Shown: one piece after another, positions 46,619 to 56,187 of the stretch | How positions within the stretch are numbered: position 1 is the stretch's first letter | Layout of the letters: each line of letters starts with the position of its first letter | From: a virus | IMG/VR virus record: IMGVR_UViG_3300044611_001420 | Direction: 5' to 3' (one strand) | Length of the DNA: 64,000 bases | Translations under genes and position numbers: made by a program | Notes under the pieces: generated by a model | The model's database searches: none | Seen by the model: the letters and a program-made list of their open reading frames with translations, nothing else | Told to the model about the DNA's origin: nothing

Positions 46619-48139
46619 TTAGTATCCTATATCGTTTTCTGTGATTTCATTATAATCACCAGATAGACCATCAAATATTGTATCTTGATAATCACTTTCG
46701 TATATGGGTTCAATTTCTTGAAATCCTAAAGACATTGTGTAAGAAACTGGTTGTCCTTCTTTATATGCTGACCATTGACCATCAGGAGCATAATTTACGG
46801 ATACTCCTTGAAGAGCACATATTTTAAATTTATTTACACCTGCGATTGATTTTCCTCCTACAGTTTTATATTCCAACTTAAACACATTAGGAGAACCAAG
46901 AAATACTGAACCATAACCAGCACCTTTTGTTGCATTAAGTTTTCTTGCAGCACTTCCTTGCTTGAAGAATCTGATGATTCTTCTTACATCTGCTGCCTCT
47001 GGTTCACTTCTTGGACTAAAACGATATGCGAATTGAAATTGACGGAGAGTTGGACCTCTGAATAAGAGTTCAAGATTTGAATTTGGAACCAATCCAGCAC
47101 CCCTTGCCAAAATACTTTCGGGGGAAACTTCAAATCCAGCATTTTTCAATACCATTGACATTAATGCTGTTTTTATCTCTGGCATATTTAAGTCAGCACC
47201 TGCACCCTTTAATAATGCTGCTTGATTTATTGCTCCTGATGGCAGATTTAATCCCCCCTTTTGTTGTGCAATGGCAGCAGCAAGTGCAACAAGAGATTGT
47301 TGAATTCCAGTTCCAAGCAAATTTTTACCTACATATCCAGTAGCTGCTATTGACATGTTGTTCATTCTATCATCCCCCCATTCCACATTGTTGGAATCCG
47401 AGATTCCAGATGGGATTGGTAGAATGACTGTTCCGATTGGATCTTTTAATGCACTATTTCTTTGAACTCCTTCAGTGAATATAGATTTTATATCTATTGC
47501 TTTGCCTGGTGCTGGATCAAATAATTCTTCAAGAGGTGGTTTATAATTAAACATTGTAATGTGAAGAGTATCTTGTTGATTCTCAAGAATATCTTTTGGG
47601 TACTTTAAAAGACCTTTGAATAATTCTTTTTCATTTTTACTTTGGAAATTTTTATAATTTCCTAAATTAAGTCCAGGGTCAAAAAAGTTTCCTTGTCCTG
47701 GTGGGGCAGTGAGTGATGTTCCTCCCAATCCAGGCAATGAAGGTGGTGGTCCTGCTCCAGCAGGGGCATTGTAGACAATAAATCTTCCTTGATTCTGTGG
47801 TTGCGCTGCCGCATTAATCTTATTGCCTTTTGCGCTTCCTCCTCTCGTCTGAAAAGCAGCATAAGATACTTTATTGATGTTTTCTGAATATTGTTTTGCT
47901 AGTTGTGTGGGTTTATTTGGATCCCCATCCTGAAATAATTTTGGATCTTTTATAGCATCACTAGTCCAACTACCATTTAGAAAAAATACAGAAGGGGAAA
48001 TTACATTATGTGGTGGTTGCTCTTTAAGTTGATAATCTCCTGTTTTATAGTTGTATTCAATTCCAAGTCTAATTGAAGTTGGCGCACCACTTGGTTGTGA
48101 TGTGTAATAATTGTCGTTTAGTATTATCCAGTCAGACAT
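46619..48139 (-). CDS. 48: Baseplate tail-tube cap gp48-like
   Basis: LPIP..ISDSN.V.W, N.ELLFRGP.LR.F.F...F.PRS..E...V..II..FK, C.L....VNY.P. Confidence 0.85.
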   Translation of the reverse strand: MSDWIILNDNYYTSQPSGAPTSIRLGIEYNYKTGDYQLKEQPPHNVISPSVFFLNGSWTSDAIKDPKLFQDGDPNKPTQLAKQYSENINKVSYAAFQTRGGSAKGNKINAAAQPQNQGRFIVYNAPAGAGPPPSLPGLGGTSLTAPPGQGNFFDPGLNLGNYKNFQSKNEKELFKGLLKYPKDILENQQDTLHITMFNYKPPLEELFDPAPGKAIDIKSIFTEGVQRNSALKDPIGTVILPIPSGISDSNNVEWGDDRMNNMSIAATGYVGKNLLGTGIQQSLVALAAAIAQQKGGLNLPSGAINQAALLKGAGADLNMPEIKTALMSMVLKNAGFEVSPESILARGAGLVPNSNLELLFRGPTLRQFQFAYRFSPRSEPEAADVRRIIRFFKQGSAARKLNATKGAGYGSVFLGSPNVFKLEYKTVGGKSIAGVNKFKICALQGVSVNYAPDGQWSAYKEGQPVSYTMSLGFQEIEPIYESDYQDTIFDGLSGDYNEITENDIGY

Positions 48140-48637
48140 TTATGGTGCGTCCCAAACTTTGGTTTTAAATACTGGTTGTCCTCGTCTATCCACAAATTTC
48201 TCTGTTGGAAGTAAAGATACTCCTGCCCATTCTCCTTCAGGCACTTTAAAGAAATCACTCATTACTCCAGAGAAGAGATATTTATGTAAAGTTTTCTTGG
48301 GTGCATTTACAATACCTGATTTATTTAGATAAGAATTTGCAACTGCTTCACGATACTTTGGTGTTAGATAGTGAAGATTTGAACCAAAAAAAGAACCTTC
48401 TCTTGGATTTACTTCAATGATATAAGATAGTGGATGCATATCCCAATAATCATATCTTTGAGGATACTTGGCATTGTACATAAAAAATACTAAATCACCA
48501 GGAATTATAAATCCAGTATCTAATTGATTGATATCTTTTTTGTTGTATTCTAATAAAGAATTCATCAATGAATTGACATACCAACTGGTGCTTTTATATT
48601 TTCCTCCCGTTTCTTTTATAATTTCTTCTGCTATCAT
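48140..48637 (-). CDS. 2: DNA end protector gp2-like
   Basis: FF.Y.AK......WD.HPL, F.G.NLHYL, LP.E.F; adjacent to gene 4. Confidence 0.65.
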   Translation of the reverse strand: MIAEEIIKETGGKYKSTSWYVNSLMNSLLEYNKKDINQLDTGFIIPGDLVFFMYNAKYPQRYDYWDMHPLSYIIEVNPREGSFFGSNLHYLTPKYREAVANSYLNKSGIVNAPKKTLHKYLFSGVMSDFFKVPEGEWAGVSLLPTEKFVDRRGQPVFKTKVWDAP

Positions 48638-49098
48638 AATTTGATACCTAATTCTTTTTCTGTCAGAACACGAAACTCATAATTTCTGTCTGCACAATAT
48701 TCCTTTGCTGCTTCCCATTTTGCTTGATTTACTGCCCAAGTTTTAACAGCATATGCCCAAGATTTTGTTTTTCTTTTTGGATTTGTTTCTGGCATTTTTA
48801 AATCTTTTTGTGGTTTAATTTCTACAACCAGATGTCTGTTATTTCCATTTTTGTCTTTATATTTAACGAAGAAGTCTGGGAAATATCTGTGAATTTTATT
48901 ATCAATTGGAGAACGATAAGGAATCCAAAATTCTTCAGATTTCCAACCATTTACACTTTCAGTTAGGTCACAATATTGCATAAACTTCAATTCATATGAT
49001 GACCTATAAACTATGTTTGTTGGGTCACCATTATATTTTTCTGGGTTTTGTGGTCTATATTTTCCTTGCCTATACTTACTATCTTCGTTACGAGGCAT
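48634..49098 (-). CDS. 4: Head completion protein gp4
   Basis: P.NPEKY.GD...IVYRSS.E, HRYFPDF, EIKP, NQAKWEAA. Confidence 0.92.
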   Translation of the reverse strand: MPRNEDSKYRQGKYRPQNPEKYNGDPTNIVYRSSYELKFMQYCDLTESVNGWKSEEFWIPYRSPIDNKIHRYFPDFFVKYKDKNGNNRHLVVEIKPQKDLKMPETNPKRKTKSWAYAVKTWAVNQAKWEAAKEYCADRNYEFRVLTEKELGIKL

Positions 49099-49129
49099 AC
49101 ATATTATATAATCTTAATCGTATTTATAA

Positions 49130-49834
49130 ATGGCATCAAGAGGACCAGGAGCAGGACAACCTGAAGTTGGTTTTTTGTATAAGACAACAGATGAAGCATT
49201 AGAAATCTTTGGTAAATTATCCCTTACAAGTCAATTTAAGGTATCATTGCACTTGACTAATCGTGGTGATGGTGATTTATTGATGAATTGGTTGGCAGAT
49301 GCAGGAATTACAAGTGATGGAGAATTTTCAAAATTTGACTTTTATTGTGCGGAGACTTCACTTCCTGGCGCAACCTTTGATGTCACGGAAGAGATTGGGT
49401 CACGTCAAGGAGTGATAGAGAGGTTTCCAACTAAAAGAGTTTATCCAGATGTTACAATGACATTTTATGTTGATTATGATTATAAACTCATTCGTCTTTT
49501 TGAAGAATGGATGAATTATATCAATCCTGTTTATACAGATGCTGGAGAAGTTAAAGCAAATTCAAGGGGACAGGGAGACGCAAAAAATCGTCCAGATTTC
49601 TTTAGACTTAAATATCCCGACACATATAAGAGAATTATATCAATTGTAAAATTTGAAAGAGATTTGAATAGAACTAATGATGTGCCAAGAATAACTTATC
49701 GTTTGATTGATGCTTTCCCTACAAACATAGCAGCAATGCCAGTGACTTATGAAGGAAGTACAATCACTAAAACAATAGTTACCTTTAGTTACTCCCGTTA
49801 TGTAATTGAAAAACATAAAACGAGGAGTAAATAA
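49130..49834 (+). CDS. Tail-tube-fold baseplate protein (gp54/gp19-like)
   Basis: C.ETSLPG, TFYVD, FEEW..YI, AFP..I.AM...Y, VTFSY. Confidence 0.7.
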   Translation: MASRGPGAGQPEVGFLYKTTDEALEIFGKLSLTSQFKVSLHLTNRGDGDLLMNWLADAGITSDGEFSKFDFYCAETSLPGATFDVTEEIGSRQGVIERFPTKRVYPDVTMTFYVDYDYKLIRLFEEWMNYINPVYTDAGEVKANSRGQGDAKNRPDFFRLKYPDTYKRIISIVKFERDLNRTNDVPRITYRLIDAFPTNIAAMPVTYEGSTITKTIVTFSYSRYVIEKHKTRSK

Positions 49835-49858
49835 ATAAAAGCACTGAACTATTGAATT

Positions 49859-50587
49859 ATGCCATTACCTAAGATTTCTACACCAACGTATGAATTGGTT
49901 TTGCCATCAACTGGGAAAACAATTAAATACAGACCATTTCTAGTCAAAGAAGAAAAGATATTAATTCTTGCTCTTGAAAGTCAAGATACAAAAGAAATTA
50001 CAAATGCAATCAAGCAAGTATTAAAAGATTGTATTTTAACAAAAGCAATTAAAGTAGAAGAACTTCCAACTTTTGATATTGAATATTTGTTCTTAAACCT
50101 TCGTTCAAAATCTGTTGGTGAGTCTATTGAATTAATTATTACTTGTGGTGATGATATGGAAACTCAAGTTCCAGTCACAATTTATATTGATGAGATTCAA
50201 GTTCAAAAAGAAGAAAATCATAGCACGGATATTAAACTTGATAGTTCTTTAGTTTTAAGAATGAAGTATCCATCTTTAGACCAGTTTATTAAAAATAATT
50301 TTGATTTTAACACAGAGCAAAGTACATCAAATATTGAAAAATCTTTAGATATTATTGCTTCTTGTATTGATATGATCTTTAATGAAGAAGAAAGTTGGGC
50401 AGCATCTGATTGTACTAAAAAAGAATTAGTTTCTTGGATTGAAACACTTGATTCAAATCAATTCAAACAGGTTGAAAACTTTTTTAATACAATGCCAAAA
50501 CTTGCACACAAAGTAAAAGTTAAGAATCCAAAGACTGGAGTGGAAAGTGAAGTTACGTTGGAGGGGTTAACATCTTTTTTCGGTTGA
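49859..50587 (+). CDS. 26: Baseplate hub subunit gp26
   Basis: MPLPKI.TPTYEL.LPS, YRPFLVKEEKIL, FF.TMPKL, LEGL.SFF. Confidence 0.92.
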   Translation: MPLPKISTPTYELVLPSTGKTIKYRPFLVKEEKILILALESQDTKEITNAIKQVLKDCILTKAIKVEELPTFDIEYLFLNLRSKSVGESIELIITCGDDMETQVPVTIYIDEIQVQKEENHSTDIKLDSSLVLRMKYPSLDQFIKNNFDFNTEQSTSNIEKSLDIIASCIDMIFNEEESWAASDCTKKELVSWIETLDSNQFKQVENFFNTMPKLAHKVKVKNPKTGVESEVTLEGLTSFFG

Positions 50588-50589
50588 GT

Positions 50590-50763
50590 ATGGCTTATAT
50601 GGAATTGGAGTCATACTTTAGAATTAATTTTGCATTACTTCAATTTCATAAATGGCCGATTAGGGATGTTGAAAATATGATGCCTTGGGAAAGAGATATT
50701 TACTTAGCACTTCTCCAACAACATATTGAAGATGAGAAACTAAAACAACAAAATGCTCAATAA
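50590..50763 (+). CDS. 51: Baseplate hub assembly protein gp51 (absent from ORF track)
   Basis: Translated by hand: YFRINFALLQFHKW....VENMMPWERDIY..LL. Confidence 0.88.
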   Translation: MAYMELESYFRINFALLQFHKWPIRDVENMMPWERDIYLALLQQHIEDEKLKQQNAQ

Positions 50764-50787
50764 ATAATTCTAAAATAAGAAAGCAAG

Positions 50788-52563
50788 ATGGTAATAGGTT
50801 CGGTTCTGAACCCAGAAAGAATAGTAGGTAAGCAGAATACAAACCAACAACTCGCCAAAAATTTTATTTCTGGTGGTTCTTTTCTTGGAACATCTTCAAT
50901 TGCTTCTGCTGCAAATAAAATAGTAGGATTTCAAAGAGGGACTGCAAAACCAGTCCCATCTTCAGTAGATTCAATCGTAAGTACTATTTCTACAAATATT
51001 ACAAACAATATAACAAGCACTTTAAATAATACTCTTCAAAGTTTCACTACAGATTATAAGAAAAGAGTATCTGATGTTGATTCTGCGAAACCAACCGGCA
51101 TTCTAAGTAAGTTTTTAAGTACCTATAAGAGTGTAATACAATTCATTCAGTTTTTTGGCAACAAAAAATTTGTGAATAGAATAAGTGACAATTTAAAAAA
51201 TCTTTCTAAATCATTTACAGAAAGTTTTGAAGTTGCAAAATTGATTCGTCAGGTCATTGTAAAAATAGTACAACAATTATCAAATCTTCCAAAAGCATCT
51301 CCAGGTGGTGGAGGTGGAATTGACATTGATGTTGATGTTCCCATGGGTGGTGTCAGAAAGAGCGCACCACGAGGACTTGGTAATATGTTCAAGGGAAGAG
51401 GCAAAATGCTTGCCCTTGGTGCTGGTGCTCTTGGATTGGGTGCTGTTGGTGCTGGCACAGTGAATGCTCTTTCTAATGTTGATGAAATTAGAGCAGGAAT
51501 GCTTCAACCTGGAGATGGTGGAGACATCATATCAACGTTTAGTTCTGCAATAGAAAGATTTATTACAGCAATTAATACAATGATTGGTATTGGAAAGGGT
51601 CCTTCCAAACCTCCTGGTGGTGGTGCAGGAGGTGGTGGGGGAAGTCCTGGAGGTCCTGGTCCTGGAGGTCCTGGTCCTGGATCTCCAGTGGATTATAGTA
51701 ATTTGAAAAGTGGTGATATATCTACTATGGCAGGCAAATCAGCAGTTTTATATGATGAATATAGAAATCTTGGATATACTGATGAGGGAGCAAAAAGATT
51801 AATTGCTGAAATTGGCAGAGAAGGTGGGATGGACAATAAAAACTTGTTTGGAACTCATACTGATCCTTCTGCAAAAATTCCTAATACTGGTATGTTTAGT
51901 TGGAATCAAGATAGAAGAACTGCTTTAATCGATCAGGCCAAAAAGGCTGGGGTTTGGGATGAGACCAAAGGTCAAATAAAAGAAACTGCTGAGGGATTGA
52001 GATTCCAAGCAAGATTTTCTGCAAATGAAATTAAGACGAGAGGTGCTGGAGTTCCTGAAGCATTAACCACTCAAGGTTATTCTGGTGCTAAAATATCACA
52101 ATTACTTAGAGATAAGTATATTGTTTATAGAACTGATCGTGGTTATTCTGGGGGTCCTGATCCAGAATATGGATCAGTTAAAACTGGAGAATGGTATAAA
52201 AAATTGACTCCAGGATTGGAAAAAACATATAAACCAAAACCAGGAATAGGAGGTAGTTATGAGGAATTGCCTAAAGAATATGCTGCAGCATATAAGGCTG
52301 GAAAATTAAAATTAGAAGAATACAACAACTTAGCAACAGGTGTTTCTCAAGTTGCTCAAACAGCAGCACAATCACAAACAAATATTGTACCAATAGATTT
52401 GTCTGGTGCAATGCCTCAACAATCTCAAGGTGGTGGAGGAGGTATTTCTGCACCACCATCAACTCAAAAAAATGGTCCATCAGTTCCATTATTACCTTCT
52501 GCAAACACTGATAATTTTTTAGTTTTATATTCAAGAATGGTTTATAATATAGTAGACGGATAA
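50788..52563 (+). CDS. Baseplate hub/tape-measure-like protein with lysozyme-like domain
   Basis: Position after 26-51; A..LIAEIGRE, GMFSWN..RR, Q..F motifs of tail lysozyme type. Confidence 0.6.
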   Translation: MVIGSVLNPERIVGKQNTNQQLAKNFISGGSFLGTSSIASAANKIVGFQRGTAKPVPSSVDSIVSTISTNITNNITSTLNNTLQSFTTDYKKRVSDVDSAKPTGILSKFLSTYKSVIQFIQFFGNKKFVNRISDNLKNLSKSFTESFEVAKLIRQVIVKIVQQLSNLPKASPGGGGGIDIDVDVPMGGVRKSAPRGLGNMFKGRGKMLALGAGALGLGAVGAGTVNALSNVDEIRAGMLQPGDGGDIISTFSSAIERFITAINTMIGIGKGPSKPPGGGAGGGGGSPGGPGPGGPGPGSPVDYSNLKSGDISTMAGKSAVLYDEYRNLGYTDEGAKRLIAEIGREGGMDNKNLFGTHTDPSAKIPNTGMFSWNQDRRTALIDQAKKAGVWDETKGQIKETAEGLRFQARFSANEIKTRGAGVPEALTTQGYSGAKISQLLRDKYIVYRTDRGYSGGPDPEYGSVKTGEWYKKLTPGLEKTYKPKPGIGGSYEELPKEYAAAYKAGKLKLEEYNNLATGVSQVAQTAAQSQTNIVPIDLSGAMPQQSQGGGGGISAPPSTQKNGPSVPLLPSANTDNFLVLYSRMVYNIVDG

Positions 52564-54659
52564 TGAAAAAAGTACTTTCTTCTCCTTTAGTTTCTGCTTC
52601 CAATAACATAGTTTCTTTTAGTGGAGATTCCTCAAGAAGACTAAAAGGAATTCAGAGAGATGTTGTTGATTTCTCTAAGTTTTTAAACACTCAAAATAAA
52701 GAAATTAATAGAATAAAATTACCTGAAAAAAGAAAAATTAAAGAACTTGCGAACTTAAACATTGCTTCAAGTTTTGGTTCTCCTGGAAATTTATTATCAT
52801 CTTTACTTGGAGGGGCACTTGATGTTGCTGGTTTTCTTGGTAATATGTTCCCTCCAAGAGGAAAAATGGGTGCTCCTCAAAATACAAGAGGATTGAGACC
52901 ACCAAAACCAATAGTTTCTGGTTCTAAGTTACAATTTGGAGGACTCAAATCTGTAGGTATTTTGAATGCAGTTTTTTCTGGATTGGATTTTGCTCAGGGA
53001 TTGGCAGAGGGAGAAAGCACAGGTCAAGCAGCATCGGGAGCAGTGGGCAATCTTGCTGGTTCATTACTTGGTGGTGCCATTGGGCAAGCACTAATTCCAA
53101 TACCTGGGCTTGGTTTTGTAATTGGAAGTATGGCAGGTGGATTTTTGGGTGGTTACACCGCAGATAGAGCATATGAACTTGCAACTGGTGGTGCTGGAGG
53201 TGTGTCTGGAAAAGTTGAAGAAAAACTAAAGGCACAAGAACAACAACAAAAGGCATCAGTTCAAGAAAGTGGATTTGGTGATGTAATAAACAGATTTAGT
53301 GACTCTGTAGGAAAGTTTGAAAACTTTGTCTATAAGTCATTTGCTTCTGTGGTAAATGGTGCCGCAGCTGCTGCTGGTTCTGATGAAATGATGTTGGATT
53401 ACGGTTTAGACCCAGATGCAATTCCAGATGCTCCTGAAATTCCAGGAGAACTTCCAGATATGACTGCTGAAGGTGGTCAAATGCCCAGCAAATATACTTC
53501 ATCTCCTTATGGTTGGAGATGGGGAAGAATTCATAGTGGTGTTGATTATGCTATTACGGAAGGAACACCAGTAAGTGTGATTCAACCTGGTCAAGTAACA
53601 TACGCACAATTTAATGATGGTGGGTATGGATATGCTGTACAAATTGCACATCCTGGTGGTTCTAGTAGTTTTTATGGGCACTTAAGTAAAATATCAGTCA
53701 AAGAAGGACAACAAATAGAACCTGGAACTGTAATTGGAAATGTAGGAAGCACAGGAAATTCTACGGGACCTCACGTTCATTTTGAAGTTAGACAAGGAAG
53801 TAAAAAATTAGAAATACCTACAAGTGAGGGAGATAAGTATTTTAGATTCGGTGGCAATGTAAAAGTCAAACCAAAGGCAGGAGTTTCGGGAGCAGGTTCT
53901 AATCCTTTTGTTTTAGAATTACACGCAGACCCAAATGCAAAAGGACAAAAGACAGGATTAATCCCAAGCAATACCAGTCCAGATACTGCTGTTTCTCAAG
54001 CACTTGTTTCTAGTTTCGGGACTTATGGTAAAAATTTTAGAGGAGGATTGGGTGTTACAAATAGAGGTGGAAATATTCTAGAGTCAGATATGGCATTAGG
54101 TGCTGAAGCAAATGCAAAAAGAATAGTTGAAGCAATGATGAAAGACCCTAAACGTGCATATCATATTTTTGCAGGACACGCTGATGTAACAAAAGGTGAA
54201 ACTGGTGCTCCTGGAGAAAAGGAATATAATTTAAAAACTGCTGAATTGGTTGAAAAATTAGCAAAAGCACAGAAATTAAATGTAATGTACCATAAATCTA
54301 TTATTGCAAATGAAGCAAGTGATCCAAATTCAAATCTTTCCAGAATTAAAGCAATAATGGATGCTTCAAAGAGACCTGGAATAGGAGGTCCAGATTTAAC
54401 TCCAGAGGCAATTGCTGCATATCAATCTGGAATGATTCAAAATCTCCAACAATACCCTTCTTATAATCAACTACAACAGGTTACAACAATTATACCAATG
54501 ATGATGAGTCCTCAAGGTGGAGGAGGACAACAAAAACCAGTCTTTATTCCAGTTGGAGGTGGTGGTGGAGGAACTGTAATTCTTCCTGGTCCAGATGAAG
54601 GACAACTGGTAAATAGTCTTATGAAGACTATGTTACTTACTAATCTGTCAGCAAGCTAA
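52563..54659 (+). CDS. Baseplate hub/tape-measure-like protein with M23 peptidase and permuted amidase domains
   Basis: HSGVD...YGHL...GSTGNSTGPHVHFE (M23); LELHAD...ILE followed by AGHAD...EK.YNL. Confidence 0.8.
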   Translation: MKKVLSSPLVSASNNIVSFSGDSSRRLKGIQRDVVDFSKFLNTQNKEINRIKLPEKRKIKELANLNIASSFGSPGNLLSSLLGGALDVAGFLGNMFPPRGKMGAPQNTRGLRPPKPIVSGSKLQFGGLKSVGILNAVFSGLDFAQGLAEGESTGQAASGAVGNLAGSLLGGAIGQALIPIPGLGFVIGSMAGGFLGGYTADRAYELATGGAGGVSGKVEEKLKAQEQQQKASVQESGFGDVINRFSDSVGKFENFVYKSFASVVNGAAAAAGSDEMMLDYGLDPDAIPDAPEIPGELPDMTAEGGQMPSKYTSSPYGWRWGRIHSGVDYAITEGTPVSVIQPGQVTYAQFNDGGYGYAVQIAHPGGSSSFYGHLSKISVKEGQQIEPGTVIGNVGSTGNSTGPHVHFEVRQGSKKLEIPTSEGDKYFRFGGNVKVKPKAGVSGAGSNPFVLELHADPNAKGQKTGLIPSNTSPDTAVSQALVSSFGTYGKNFRGGLGVTNRGGNILESDMALGAEANAKRIVEAMMKDPKRAYHIFAGHADVTKGETGAPGEKEYNLKTAELVEKLAKAQKLNVMYHKSIIANEASDPNSNLSRIKAIMDASKRPGIGGPDLTPEAIAAYQSGMIQNLQQYPSYNQLQQVTTIIPMMMSPQGGGGQQKPVFIPVGGGGGGTVILPGPDEGQLVNSLMKTMLLTNLSAS

Positions 54660-55972
54660 TGTCACAATCTGTAGCAGCATTTAAACCAAATTATTTTATC
54701 ATACAATCATTAGATGGTAGCAAAAAAATTGATATTACCAATTCATTATTGTTTTTTGATTACTTTGAGGATATTTTATCTCCTTGTATAACTGCTACTG
54801 CACAAATAGTTAATAGTACAAGTTTGTTTAATCTTTTACCAATTCGTGGTGGAGAAAAAGTTTCCATTAGTGTTGATACTGCATTTGGTGAATTTTTATT
54901 TGACGGTGATACTGCTTTTTATGTTTATAAGGTTAGCAATCTTGATGCACAAAAGTCAAGTGAAATGTTCACTTTACACTTAGTTTCTCGTGAAGGTTTG
55001 ACGAATGATACTGTCAGATGTGAAAGAAAATATACAGGTAATATTCAAACTACAGTAACTAAAATTTTAAAGGATGTATTAAAAACTAAAAAGTTTAAAA
55101 GTGAAAATATAGAATCAACATCAAACGAATTTTCTTTTATTGGAAATAATAGAAAACCATTTCACGTTTTGACTTGGTTAGGTCCAAAAGCAGTTCCTGC
55201 AAATGGGCAAAATTCGGGAACATCTGGAGGTGAAAATAGTGGAATAGCAAAGGGAACTGCTGGATTTTTATTTTATGAGAATAAAGACGGTTTTAATTTT
55301 AGAAGTATTGACAGTTTAGTATCAAGCACTCAAATACAAAATAATAGTGCCGATAAGGAGTCAATATATAGTTATCAGTATGCTCCAATCATTGAGAGTA
55401 ATAATGTAGAAACAAATTTTAGAATTTTAAATTATAAGTATGAAAAGAATATTGACTTGATGAAAGCATTGAGAGTTGGTATGTATGCAAATAAAACATA
55501 TTATTTTGATTTGTATTCAAGTACTTTAGATATTTACAAATACACAGTGAAAGATCAAGTCAAGAATAAATTAGGTGCTTCTAAAAGTATTGCTGTATCT
55601 GAAGAATTTGGAGATAGTATTAGTAGAATTATGTTTAAAGCTTCCGATAGAGGAAACTTAAATAATGATGGAACGATAAGTGGTAAGTCTAGAAGTGGTG
55701 CTGATATGTCAATGTCTTATTCTAGATATAATTTATTGTTCACTCAAGCACTAAATATGGTTATACCTTGTAACATAAGATTGAAAGTTGGAGATATTAT
55801 AAAGGCACAGTTTCCAAGAATCACAAGAACAGACAATAAAGAAGCAGATGACGAACAGAGTGGAAACTACTTGATTAAAGAATTAAGACATCATTTTGAA
55901 GGAAACCAAATGGTTACAAGTGTAAAACTAATTCGTGATAGTTACGGTCTTTATGGTCCTCAAAACGAGTAA
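54659..55972 (+). CDS. Baseplate hub protein (gp27-like)
   Basis: YFEDILSP, LPIRGGE, FLFYE..DGFNFRSID, SG.YLI..L.H. Confidence 0.65.
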   Translation: MSQSVAAFKPNYFIIQSLDGSKKIDITNSLLFFDYFEDILSPCITATAQIVNSTSLFNLLPIRGGEKVSISVDTAFGEFLFDGDTAFYVYKVSNLDAQKSSEMFTLHLVSREGLTNDTVRCERKYTGNIQTTVTKILKDVLKTKKFKSENIESTSNEFSFIGNNRKPFHVLTWLGPKAVPANGQNSGTSGGENSGIAKGTAGFLFYENKDGFNFRSIDSLVSSTQIQNNSADKESIYSYQYAPIIESNNVETNFRILNYKYEKNIDLMKALRVGMYANKTYYFDLYSSTLDIYKYTVKDQVKNKLGASKSIAVSEEFGDSISRIMFKASDRGNLNNDGTISGKSRSGADMSMSYSRYNLLFTQALNMVIPCNIRLKVGDIIKAQFPRITRTDNKEADDEQSGNYLIKELRHHFEGNQMVTSVKLIRDSYGLYGPQNE

Positions 55973-55977
55973 GAAAA

Positions 55978-56187
55978 ATGGATTTACAACAATTCATACA
56001 TAATATAAATGATGAATTGGGAAATTCATCATTAAATAAACAAAGAAAAAGATACTTAGAAGCACATTTGGAAGAACTTTTGGAATATCAAAAGAATAAT
56101 CCAAATAATACTTTAATACCAAATGCATTAGAATTATTTTGCGATTTAAACCCAAACGCACTGGAGTGTAGAATTTACGATGATTGA
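55978..56187 (+). CDS. cp12: Calvin-cycle inhibitor CP12
   Basis: C-terminal LELFCDLNPNALECRIYDD; 69 aa. Confidence 0.85.
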   Translation: MDLQQFIHNINDELGNSSLNKQRKRYLEAHLEELLEYQKNNPNNTLIPNALELFCDLNPNALECRIYDD

